Below are positions 8,765 through 16,208 of a DNA stretch of 17,135 nt, piece after piece. The DNA lies in assembly GCA_031425655.1 (NCBI GenBank), contig JANPJS010000102.1:1-17135 (forward strand), in the 5' to 3' direction. This DNA is from Abditibacteriaceae bacterium. GTDB taxonomy: Bacteria > Armatimonadota > Abditibacteriia > Abditibacteriales > Abditibacteriaceae. The position numbers and the translations under genes were made by a program. Numbering within the stretch: position 1 is the stretch's first letter; each line of letters begins with the position of its first letter. The notes below the pieces were generated by a model. That model was not told the origin of the DNA. It saw only the letters and a program-made list of their open reading frames with translations, and made no database searches.

Positions 8765-9190
8765 ATGATGAAGCAGACGAAACAAGGGTTAAAAGTGGCT
8801 CTGCTTGTTGTGTTTGGCGCCTCGCTCGCTGTCTTGCTTCTTTTTATAGTAAAGTTTCGGTCGCACACGCCAAATATGGCTATTTCCTCATTAGCTGCGG
8901 CTTTACAGAGTAATGACCAGCCACAAATCAAACGCCTCAGTTCTCCGAGTGGTTTATTATCACTCCAAACGATGATCTCACGTTACGGGCAGAGGCATTT
9001 GGGTAATTATTTGGCAGCACACAAATCAATCCGGCCAAATCCACACGTTTTCATTACTACCGTTGTTTTTATGTTGGATGATTCAAAAACACCACCAGTT
9101 ACAGCTTTCTTCAAATGGACATGGGATGGCTGGAAACTTACCAGCATCAACAGCACCCCGACGTTCCAACTGCGCTCCGATGAAAGGTAG
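8765..9190 (+). CDS. Hypothetical protein with an N-terminal membrane anchor (cassette-like ORF)
   Basis: 141-aa ORF with one TM segment (VALLVVFGASLAVLLLFIV) and a C-terminal FKWTWDGWKLTSI. AT-richer than the flanks. TAGAAT ends 7 nt before the ATG. Confidence 0.7.
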   Translation: MMKQTKQGLKVALLVVFGASLAVLLLFIVKFRSHTPNMAISSLAAALQSNDQPQIKRLSSPSGLLSLQTMISRYGQRHLGNYLAAHKSIRPNPHVFITTVVFMLDDSKTPPVTAFFKWTWDGWKLTSINSTPTFQLRSDER

Positions 9191-9218
9191 CACCTGACTA
9201 TCAAACTACGCTCGTTTC

Positions 9219-10646
9219 TCACACCGCCGCTTCGACCGGCACCGGCGCGTGGAAGCCGAAATAGCCGCGCTCTTTGATGACTTGGGCCACTTCGGGCGGC
9301 ACCATGCTTTCCCAGGCCGGGTCGCCGTCGCGGACTTTGTCCAGCACTTCGCGCGAGTAAATATGCAGGTAATCGCGATTGAAAAAGTCCAGCGATTCGA
9401 TGAAGTCGTTTTCGACAAGGTGACCGAAAAGGCGCTGCAAATGCGGCGCGACTTTCAGCTTTTGCACGTTGGTAAATTGTCCGGTTTGCGCGTTTTTCTC
9501 CGGGTAAACGAATAATTTCAAGTCGCTCTTGAAAAGGCGTCCGAACGATTCGAGAATGCCGCCTTCCAAGTGCTCGTAATACTTTTCTTCAAACAAATCG
9601 CGCAGGCTGGGAATGCCCATCGTGATGCCAATCGGCTTGCGTGAAAAGCGCGCGATATAAGCGGCCAAGCGGTAGTATTCAAAGTAATCGGAGATCAAAA
9701 CGGTGTGGCCCGTCGCGGCGAGCAGTTCGGCGCGGGCCAGAAAATCGGCGTGATCCACTTCGCCCGACGACAGCAGATTACGCATCGTAATTTCGGCTAA
9801 AACCACGACTTCGGTTTCGCCCTGCAATTGCGGCGAGGCCATGAATTGCGCGCGGGCGCATTCCAGCATATCGAGATTGACTAATGTGACGGGGCGAAAG
9901 CTGCCGCGCTCGACTAAAACCGGCTTTTTGTAAAGCACTTCCGAAGGCTGCAAAATCTCGCCGTCGGGCGCGAACATCGCGGCGTCCGAGAGGCCAAGCT
10001 GCACTAATTTCATGCTCGTCAGGCGGTGGTCAACATTGGAAAAGGCCGGCCCGATGAATTTAATCATGTCCACTTCGACGCGCTCCGTAGACAGGTTGTC
10101 GAGGAGGGATTCCATCAGCACATCGGGGTTTTCGTGCAGAAAAAACGCGCCGTGAATCAGATTCACGCCCAAAATTCCCAGCGCGTGCTGCTGCGCGATG
10201 TGTTCTTTGTCGAGCATTCGCACATGAATCAGAATCTCGATTGGCAGGGCGCGCGGCGCGGTTTGATATTTGACGCCCATCCAGCCGTGGCACTCGTTGG
10301 TGCCTTTGAAACCGCGCGTGGCGACCGTATCGGCGAACACGAAAAATTCGGTGTCGCCGCCGCGTTTGGCTTCCAATCGTTCCAACATCAGGCCATATTC
10401 GTAGTCGAGCATGGTCTGCAAACGCTGACGCGAAACGTAGCGCGGACACGGGCCATAAATGGCATCGCTGACCGTCATGTCGTAAGCCGACATACTTTTG
10501 GCGATGGTGCCCGAAGCGCCGCCGGCCTGAAAAAACCAGCGCACCACTTCCTGCCCGGCGCCGATTTCGGCAAACGTGCCGTATTTGCGATGCGATAAAT
10601 TAATTGAAAGCGCCTTTTGCGCGGTGCCGATGCGTTCACTGTCCAT
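9219..10646 (-). CDS. Conserved nucleotidyltransferase-superfamily protein (nicotinate-nucleotide adenylyltransferase-like)
   Basis: Conserved N-terminus YGTFAEIGAGQEVVRWFF..GGASGTIAKSMSAYDM, RGSFRPVTLVNLDM resembling the GSFxP motif of HIGH-type nucleotidyltransferases, and C-terminal WESMVPPEVAQVIKERGYFG. Soluble protein; precise activity uncertain. Confidence 0.75.
   Translation of the reverse strand: MDSERIGTAQKALSINLSHRKYGTFAEIGAGQEVVRWFFQAGGASGTIAKSMSAYDMTVSDAIYGPCPRYVSRQRLQTMLDYEYGLMLERLEAKRGGDTEFFVFADTVATRGFKGTNECHGWMGVKYQTAPRALPIEILIHVRMLDKEHIAQQHALGILGVNLIHGAFFLHENPDVLMESLLDNLSTERVEVDMIKFIGPAFSNVDHRLTSMKLVQLGLSDAAMFAPDGEILQPSEVLYKKPVLVERGSFRPVTLVNLDMLECARAQFMASPQLQGETEVVVLAEITMRNLLSSGEVDHADFLARAELLAATGHTVLISDYFEYYRLAAYIARFSRKPIGITMGIPSLRDLFEEKYYEHLEGGILESFGRLFKSDLKLFVYPEKNAQTGQFTNVQKLKVAPHLQRLFGHLVENDFIESLDFFNRDYLHIYSREVLDKVRDGDPAWESMVPPEVAQVIKERGYFGFHAPVPVEAAV
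9226..9299. repeat. 74-bp direct repeat copy B, within the 3' end of the intact gene
   Basis: 70/74 identical to 7961-8034. Confidence 0.95.
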
Positions 10647-10693
10647 AGCGAAGACTCCACCATTTAACTTATCAAGAGTCGGCAGCGTTTGGG

Positions 10694-11482
10694 TTAACGG
10701 CGTGTTACGAAATGCTCGAAAACGTCCTTGCCCACCGCCAGATAAAGGCCCGACAGCAGCGTGAAGCCAAGCGCCAGCATTTCAAAGCGTTCCTGATCAA
10801 TGAATTTCAGCAGCCAGCGCCCGGCGAATACCGAAACCATCGCAATCGGCGCGAAGATGGCGTCTATTTTCAGCGATTGCGGGTTAATCAGGCCCAAATC
10901 GTAGCTGAACGGCACTTTGAAGAGGTTTAGCGTCAGAAAATACCATGCCGACGTGCCGATAAACTCCATTTTCGGCAGCCCCATCGCCAAAAGATAAAGA
11001 ATCATCACCGGCCCGGCGGCGTTGGCGATCATCGTCGTGAAACCGGCAGCCACGCCGGTTAATGCCACGAGCCAGAAGTTCTGAGGCACCAGTTCGGCGG
11101 CTTTTTCCGGCTGTCCTTTGGTTTTTTCGCGCCGCCAGAACTGCAAGGCCACAAGTCCGATGAGAATCAGGCCCATCATGTGCCCGACTTGCCGCGTATC
11201 CAGCACTTTGAAGGCGTAATAACCAAGAAATACGCCCAACGCCGCGAAGGGAAACAAGCGGATAATATGCGCCCAAACCGCGTGGCGGCGAAAGAGCGAA
11301 ACCGAAACTACGTCGGCGCAAATCAGGATGATAAGAACCAGCCCGGTAGATTCTTTGGGCGGAAAAACCAGAGCGAAAAGCGGCGCCGCCACGATGCCCA
11401 GTCCGCTGATGCCGCCTTTCGACAACCCAACGCAAAGCGCGCCCAAAATGCCCCAGAGAATCTGCCAGTTGCTTAAGTGCAT
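10694..11482 (-). CDS. Sulfite exporter TauE/SafE family permease
   Basis: 262-aa multi-TM protein with GLSKGGISGLG and GFTTMIANAAGP motifs. Confidence 0.92.
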   Translation of the reverse strand: MHLSNWQILWGILGALCVGLSKGGISGLGIVAAPLFALVFPPKESTGLVLIILICADVVSVSLFRRHAVWAHIIRLFPFAALGVFLGYYAFKVLDTRQVGHMMGLILIGLVALQFWRREKTKGQPEKAAELVPQNFWLVALTGVAAGFTTMIANAAGPVMILYLLAMGLPKMEFIGTSAWYFLTLNLFKVPFSYDLGLINPQSLKIDAIFAPIAMVSVFAGRWLLKFIDQERFEMLALGFTLLSGLYLAVGKDVFEHFVTRR

Positions 11483-11491
11483 GATGAAAAG

Positions 11492-11571
11492 AGAATACAG
11501 AAGTCAGGAGTCGGAAGCCAGAAAATTGTGCCGGAATAGTTCTGGCTTCCGATTTCTGACTTCTGTATTCT
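11492..11571. repeat. Inverted repeat of heptamer-like units (32-bp arms, 16-nt loop)
   Basis: AGAATACAGAAGTCAGGAGTCGGAAGCCAGAA (11492-11523) matches the reverse complement of 11540-11571 at 30/32. Confidence 0.92.
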
Positions 11572-11577
11572 TTAAGC

Positions 11578-12330
11578 ATGGCTTCTTGTGAACTGCATTA
11601 TTTCAGTCCGGCGCTGGGCAAACAAACGGTGGCGAACGTGCTTTTGCCGCAAAGCGATCATCCCGGCCCGTTTCCCGTGCTTTATTTGCTGCACGGTTTG
11701 TCCGACGATTACACGGCGTGGATGCGCAACACCAGCATCGCGCGCTACGTTTCGGGCCTGCCTCTCATCGTGGTGATGCCGGACGGCGGGCGCGGCTTTT
11801 ACTGTGATGCCGCGCGCGGCTACGCTTACGAAACCGCCATCGTGACCGATTTAGTGAACTACGTAGACAAGATGTTTCCGACTATCGCCGAACGCAGAGG
11901 CCGCGCCTTAGCCGGGCTTTCGATGGGCGGTTACGGCGCTCTGAAACTGGCGCTCAGCCACCCGGATATGTTTTGTTCGACGGTTAGTCATTCGGGCGCG
12001 CCGGATTTCGCGCACGTTCATCCCGACCCCAATCACGACGAATTCGGACTGATTATCGGCGATAATTCCGTCGGAGGGCCAAACGATCTTTACGGCCTCG
12101 CCGACCGCTTTGCCGGCGGCGAACTCGGCCCGTGGCCGCAAGTGCGGATTGACTGCGGAACCGAAGACTTTCTGCTCGAAATGAACCGCAATTTTCACGC
12201 GCACCTGCAAAGCCTGAATTTGCCGCACGAATACGCAGAATTTCCCGGCGCGCACGAATGGGGTTACTGGGACGAACACATCAAAGACGCCTTAGCTTTT
12301 CACGCCCGGCATCTGGGAATTGAAGCGTAA
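11578..12330 (+). CDS. Alpha/beta-hydrolase esterase (CE1 / S-formylglutathione hydrolase-like family)
   Basis: Motifs PVLYLLHGLSDD, nucleophile GLSMGG, DCGTEDFL and GAHEWGYW. Confidence 0.92.
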   Translation: MASCELHYFSPALGKQTVANVLLPQSDHPGPFPVLYLLHGLSDDYTAWMRNTSIARYVSGLPLIVVMPDGGRGFYCDAARGYAYETAIVTDLVNYVDKMFPTIAERRGRALAGLSMGGYGALKLALSHPDMFCSTVSHSGAPDFAHVHPDPNHDEFGLIIGDNSVGGPNDLYGLADRFAGGELGPWPQVRIDCGTEDFLLEMNRNFHAHLQSLNLPHEYAEFPGAHEWGYWDEHIKDALAFHARHLGIEA

Positions 12331-12333
12331 GTA

Positions 12334-12474
12334 GGCGGGAGGCGGGAAGCGGGAGGCAGGAGGCAGGAGGTCGGAAAACAGCGCAAGGCAAAAAGCAACC
12401 GCAGCATTATTTAGGTGCGGTTGCTTTTGCGTTGTTCCTGCCGTCTGCCGTCTGCCGTCCGCCGTCCGCCGTCC
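12334..12474. repeat. Heptamer tandem arrays flanking a 13-bp hairpin; probable bidirectional terminator
   Basis: (GGCRGGA) about x6, then AAAAGCAACCGCA (12391-12403) / TGCGGTTGCTTTT (12416-12428), then (TCYGCCG) about x5. It lies between convergent genes. Confidence 0.8.
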
Positions 12475-12478
12475 AGCT

Positions 12479-12778
12479 TCAGCGTTTCGTGCGATCTGGA
12501 GGCAGCGGAGTGACTTTGAGCTTCATTTCATCGGGCGGCGGCTTCTTTTTTAAGCCGTTTTTGGCCAGCGACATTAGAAAATCGCCGATTAAATACAACA
12601 CGATCACTAAAATCAGGCCGCGCAGCATTTGAAAAATGAGCGGTTCCGGCCACAAAATCATGCGCTGAAAAGAAGCGAGCCACGCTGTGGGGCCAACGAG
12701 GTGGCCGGAGAGAAAATCCCACGCGAAATACAAACCCATGTAAATCGCAATGCCCACGAATAAAAAGACGATTAGCAC
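12479..12778 (-). CDS. Hypothetical small membrane protein (2 TM)
   Basis: GTG start preceded by a GGAGG SD, two hydrophobic segments and a charged tail. Confidence 0.7.
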   Translation of the reverse strand: MLIVFLFVGIAIYMGLYFAWDFLSGHLVGPTAWLASFQRMILWPEPLIFQMLRGLILVIVLYLIGDFLMSLAKNGLKKKPPPDEMKLKVTPLPPDRTKR

Positions 12779-12914
12779 GATGCGCCTCCCCGATTGGTTA
12801 ACATAACTTTGCGCTGTTTATTATTGCAAAAACCGCGCAGGCCCAGAATAGCAATTTGCGTGACGATTGTCGTTTGCGCCTTTTTTGCCATTAAAGCTGT
12901 GTTTTGAAGTTGTT

Positions 12915-14348
12915 ATGCCACAAAATATCACTCTGCTTTCAAAAACCCCGCCGCGTGTTCGCGAAGCCGCCGCGCGTCCGCGCCTCGCGGAAACTTTCGC
13001 CTCGCAGGCGCCGACTTTCGCCTTGTATACGCTCGGTTGCAAGGTCAATCAATACGATTCGCACCAAATCGCGCGCACTTTGGTCGGACGCGGCTTTCGG
13101 CGCGTGGAATTCCGCGAAGTCGCCGATTTATACGTGATTGACACCTGCACCGTGACCGCTGAAGCCGATAAAAAATCGCGCAAAGCCGCCGCGCGTGCCC
13201 AACGCAACAACCCCGATGCCGTCATCGCCGTGACCGGCTGCGCCGCCGCGCGCGATGCCACGCAGTTTCAAAAAGCCGCGCCCGGCGCTTTGGTTTTGGA
13301 CAATTCTCGCAAGCTCGATTTGCCCGATCTGGCGCTGGATGCGCTGCTCGAAAAGCGCAACTGGGCCGAAAACTATGCATTGTGGCGCGAGCAAACCGGC
13401 AGCGAACCGGTGCCTTCGGCCACGCGCGAACGCGCGGTTTTGAAAATTCAGGACGGCTGCAATCACAAATGCGCGTTTTGCATCATTCCCAGTGTGCGCG
13501 GCGCTTCAGTCGTGCGAAACCGCGAAGTTTTGATGGCCGAGGGCCGCGCTTTTGTGCATGAAGGCGCGCGGGAAATCACCATCACCGGCGTTTCGATGGG
13601 CGACTGGGGACGGCGGAACCCCCAAGCCCCCTTGGTAAGGGGGTTGGGGGTTCCGCCTGTGGTAGCGGGGCGCAATGCCGAATTATGCGCGCTGATTCGT
13701 GCCGTCGCTACGATTGAAGGCTTGGAGCGCGTGCGCGTTTCATCGCTTGACCCGGCAGATGTGGACGAGGAATTTCTGCAAACCGTAGCGCACACGCCCA
13801 AAGTTTGCCCGCATATTCATCTCGCTTTGCAAGCGGGCGGCAACGCGACGTTGAGACGAATGCGCCGTCGCTACACCTCCGAGCTATTTTTAAAATGGGC
13901 GCGGCGCTGGCGCGAAATTCGGCCCGACGGCGGCCTGACTACCGACATCATCGTCGGCTTTCCCGGCGAAAGCGAAGACGATTTCGCCCAATCGCTGCGC
14001 GTGGCGCAGGAAGCCCGCTTTTCCGCGATTCATGTTTTCCCGTTTTCGCCGCGCGGCGGCACCTTCGCTGAGACGCTCGATGAGCGCGTTCCACCCGCGA
14101 TTCAAGATCGCCGCGTGGATGAATTGCTGAATTTGGCGCGCGATTTGTCGGCTGATTTCGGGTCACAGTTCATCGGCCAAACGCTGCCAATTCTCGTGGA
14201 AAGCGTGACAAACAGCGTTGCCGAAGGCATGACCGAAAATTATCTCAAAGCGCGCGTGACCAACCTGCCGCCAAATGTCTCAACCGGCGATGTGATTGAT
14301 TTTGTGCCGCGCGCATGGACGGACGGAGTTTTGGAAGGAGCAGCGTGA
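12915..14348 (+). CDS. mtaB: tRNA t6A37 methylthiotransferase MtaB (radical SAM)
   Basis: TLGCKVNQYDS, DTCTVT, VTGC, LKIQDGCNHKCAFCIIPSVRG (CxxxCxxC), TTDIIVGFPGE, HVFPFSPRGGT and a TRAM-like C-terminus. ATG 12915 is preferred over the track's TTG 12867. Confidence 0.88.
   Translation: MPQNITLLSKTPPRVREAAARPRLAETFASQAPTFALYTLGCKVNQYDSHQIARTLVGRGFRRVEFREVADLYVIDTCTVTAEADKKSRKAAARAQRNNPDAVIAVTGCAAARDATQFQKAAPGALVLDNSRKLDLPDLALDALLEKRNWAENYALWREQTGSEPVPSATRERAVLKIQDGCNHKCAFCIIPSVRGASVVRNREVLMAEGRAFVHEGAREITITGVSMGDWGRRNPQAPLVRGLGVPPVVAGRNAELCALIRAVATIEGLERVRVSSLDPADVDEEFLQTVAHTPKVCPHIHLALQAGGNATLRRMRRRYTSELFLKWARRWREIRPDGGLTTDIIVGFPGESEDDFAQSLRVAQEARFSAIHVFPFSPRGGTFAETLDERVPPAIQDRRVDELLNLARDLSADFGSQFIGQTLPILVESVTNSVAEGMTENYLKARVTNLPPNVSTGDVIDFVPRAWTDGVLEGAA
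13612..13657. repeat. Palindromic element inside the mtaB reading frame
   Basis: GGCGGAACCCCCAA-G-CCCCCTT-GGT-AAGGGGG-TTGGGGGTTCCGCC forms 14-bp and 7-bp perfect stems with one bulge and a 3-nt loop. Confidence 0.85.
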
Positions 14349-14353
14349 TTCTT

Positions 14354-14533
14354 ATGCGTGCTTTACGCGCCTTTCTCATCTTTTGGCTCATAAGTGGAGT
14401 AGTAGCCCTCGCAGCAGCAATTAGCCTTGCGCCGAAAACATCATTGGATACTATTGGATTGGTGGTTTGGTTATGGCTTCTCATATTTGCCGCAGGAGTA
14501 GTGATTGCGTTCATTAGTGAAAAGCGCCGCTAA
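14354..14533 (+). CDS. Small hypothetical membrane protein (2 TM, 59 aa)
   Basis: MRALRAFLIFWLISGVVALAAAISL...LVVWLWLLIFAAGVVIAFISEKRR, with an AAGGAG SD at the end of mtaB. GTG 14345 is an alternative start. Confidence 0.6.
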   Translation: MRALRAFLIFWLISGVVALAAAISLAPKTSLDTIGLVVWLWLLIFAAGVVIAFISEKRR

Positions 14534-14534
14534 C

Positions 14535-15155
14535 TCATCGCACCGGATAGCGGAAGTGGCCGATGATTTTCCACGAAGTCAGCGCGTTTTCTTCGCGGCA
14601 GCCGCCTAAGTTGTGAATCACGAAAGGCATTCCATTCGCGTCTTTTTTGTCGGACACGATGCCGGTGTGTTTCAACCCGGCGGGGTTTAAATCCCAGCAC
14701 ACGATGTCGCCCGGCTGCCATTGCGCCAGCGTTTTTGGTCTTACTTCCTGCGTCAATTCCTTGCCAAAACGACGAAAAAACACCATCTGATTGGGCACAC
14801 GACGATGGTCAATGTTGGAATCGGGCCGCTTCAGTCCCCATTTTTTGCGGCTCGGATAAAGCGCGAAATGGCGTGTCATGTCTTCGTGCATCAGTTTTTG
14901 TAAGTCGCGGCCACCAGCCCGCAGCGCGCGAACCACAACATCGGTGCAAACGCCGGTGGTTTTCGCCACATCGCCGCCCGGATAAGTCAATTTCACATAA
15001 GCGGGGTCGTAACCGATGCCAATTTGCGCCCGCGCGCCGGCCACGATTTTCGCTTGCGTGGAACGCGCCTGCGCTTTCACAGGCGCGGTTTGCGAAGTCG
15101 CATGGCAGCCGGCCAACGTGAGCAAAGCGAACAAAATAAAGCGTTTCTGTTTCAC
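14535..15155 (-). CDS. DUF1287 family lipoprotein
   Basis: Lipobox LAGC and motifs YDPAYVKLTYPGGDV, GVCTDVVVRALR, DSNIDHRRVPN, WQPGDIV and HTGIVSD. Confidence 0.9.
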   Translation of the reverse strand: MKQKRFILFALLTLAGCHATSQTAPVKAQARSTQAKIVAGARAQIGIGYDPAYVKLTYPGGDVAKTTGVCTDVVVRALRAGGRDLQKLMHEDMTRHFALYPSRKKWGLKRPDSNIDHRRVPNQMVFFRRFGKELTQEVRPKTLAQWQPGDIVCWDLNPAGLKHTGIVSDKKDANGMPFVIHNLGGCREENALTSWKIIGHFRYPVR

Positions 15156-15157
15156 AA

Positions 15158-16015
15158 TTAAATCCCGACGCGCGAACGATATTCCTTCTGGCCTTTGACG
15201 TTTACGCGCACGCGATACAGCGTGCCGTCAGCGGTTTGCGAATCGTCGCTGCCGCCGGCTGTGGTGATATACAGCGTTTGCAAATCGTCGTCGCCGAACA
15301 CGACTGAAGACACGCGTTCGACCGGCATTTCAATTTTCTCGATGAGTTTTCCGTCCGTATCAAAGTGAAAAATGCCCCAGCCGCCCCAGCGCGCCGACCA
15401 GATTTCGCCGTTTGAGTCAACGGCCATGCCGTCTGGGCTGCCGCCATCGGAGGGCGTCACGATGAAGGCGCGGCGATTGGAAAGCGCGCCGGTTTGCGTG
15501 TCGTGGTCGAAGGCGTAAATCGTTTTGTGTGAGGTGTCCGTCCAGTAAAACGTGCCGCCGTCGGGCGAATAGCCCATGCCGTTCGAGCAAGCGGTTCCGT
15601 CCCACAGTTGCGAAATCGTGCCGTCCGGTAGGACTTTGAACAAGCCGCCGTTCATCTTTTCTTTGTCGCCCATCGTGCCCGCCAAAACGCCGCCGAACGG
15701 GTCGGCCATAACGTCGTTGAAGCGGCCCGTTTGCGGAAAGACATCGCGCGCTAAAGTTTGCACGCTACCGTCGTCGCTCAGGATGCCGAAGGTGTTTTCT
15801 CCGAAGATTAAGAGCCGTCCGTCGTCCTGAAGCGTGAAGCCGCCGACAGTCGGGCCTTCGTAGAATTTTTCCCATTCCAGCGTGTCTACGTTAAGCCGGA
15901 AAAGTCGCCCGTTGGGAATATCCTCCCAGTAGATCAAACGCTTTTGCGCATCCCAGAGCGGGTTTTCGCCCGTATTGCAATGTGCGTTGGCCAAAGGTTC
16001 GATTTCGTATTTCAT
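15158..16015 (-). CDS. SMP-30/gluconolactonase/LRE family protein
   Basis: Start MKYEIEPLAN at 16015 (285 aa). Motifs TGENPLWD, RFNDVMADP, SNGMGYSPDG, PDGMAVDSNGEIW and FGDDDLQTLYITTA. Confidence 0.93.
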   Translation of the reverse strand: MKYEIEPLANAHCNTGENPLWDAQKRLIYWEDIPNGRLFRLNVDTLEWEKFYEGPTVGGFTLQDDGRLLIFGENTFGILSDDGSVQTLARDVFPQTGRFNDVMADPFGGVLAGTMGDKEKMNGGLFKVLPDGTISQLWDGTACSNGMGYSPDGGTFYWTDTSHKTIYAFDHDTQTGALSNRRAFIVTPSDGGSPDGMAVDSNGEIWSARWGGWGIFHFDTDGKLIEKIEMPVERVSSVVFGDDDLQTLYITTAGGSDDSQTADGTLYRVRVNVKGQKEYRSRVGI

Positions 16016-16021
16016 GTTCAA

Positions 16022-16027
16022 ATTATA
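16022..16027 (-). promoter_or_regulatory. -10 element TATAAT 6 nt upstream of the SMP-30 start codon (leaderless-type promoter)
   Basis: The minus strand reads gcTATAATttgaacATG, with no SD. Confidence 0.6.
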
Positions 16028-16079
16028 GCGGGCAAAGGCCCCGCGATGGGCTAAAATGTGCGGAGCATTTTTGTTTATT

Positions 16080-16179
16080 AAACACAAAGGCACAAAGACG
16101 CAAAGAAAGTAAAGAGGTGAGCAAAGACATTGGTTGGTCGTTACTTCAAAAATCTTTGTGTCTTTGCGCCTTTGCGTTT
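16080..16179. repeat. Inverted repeat built from 8-bp RCRCAAAG units
   Basis: AAACACAAAGGCACAAAGACGCAAAGA (16080-16106) matches the reverse complement of 16153-16179 at 24/27. Confidence 0.88.
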
Positions 16180-16208
16180 GATGAATCCCATGTTCACAGG
16201 AGAGTAGC

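Larger units (their letters stand above)
8035..9225. mobile_element. ~1.2-kb micro-island between 74-bp direct repeats, carrying two cassette-like genes and no integrase
   Basis: Bounded by repeats 7961-8034 and 9226-9299. Visibly more AT-rich than the flanks, with different codon usage and attC-like sequences. Confidence 0.7.

Noticed and set aside
9191..9218. attC closing the second cassette-like ORF
   Set aside because: Only a vague ATCAAAC resemblance to the expected inverse core, too short and degenerate to call.
7961..9299. The 74-bp repeat pair as a diversity-generating retroelement TR/VR
   Set aside because: The mismatches include C/G changes and are not adenine-specific on either strand, and there is no reverse transcriptase in the window.
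9219..10646. TonB-dependent receptor label sometimes attached to this family
   Set aside because: No signal peptide or beta-barrel pattern; the sequence looks like a soluble alpha/beta enzyme.
10884..11579. 231-aa minus ORF, and likewise 5119-5955 and other long overlapping ORFs
   Set aside because: Arg/Ala-rich alternative frames overlapping well-supported genes, as expected in GC-rich DNA.
11492..12474. Short-unit arrays as CRISPR
   Set aside because: The units are 7 bp, tandem and inverted, with no spacers and no cas genes.
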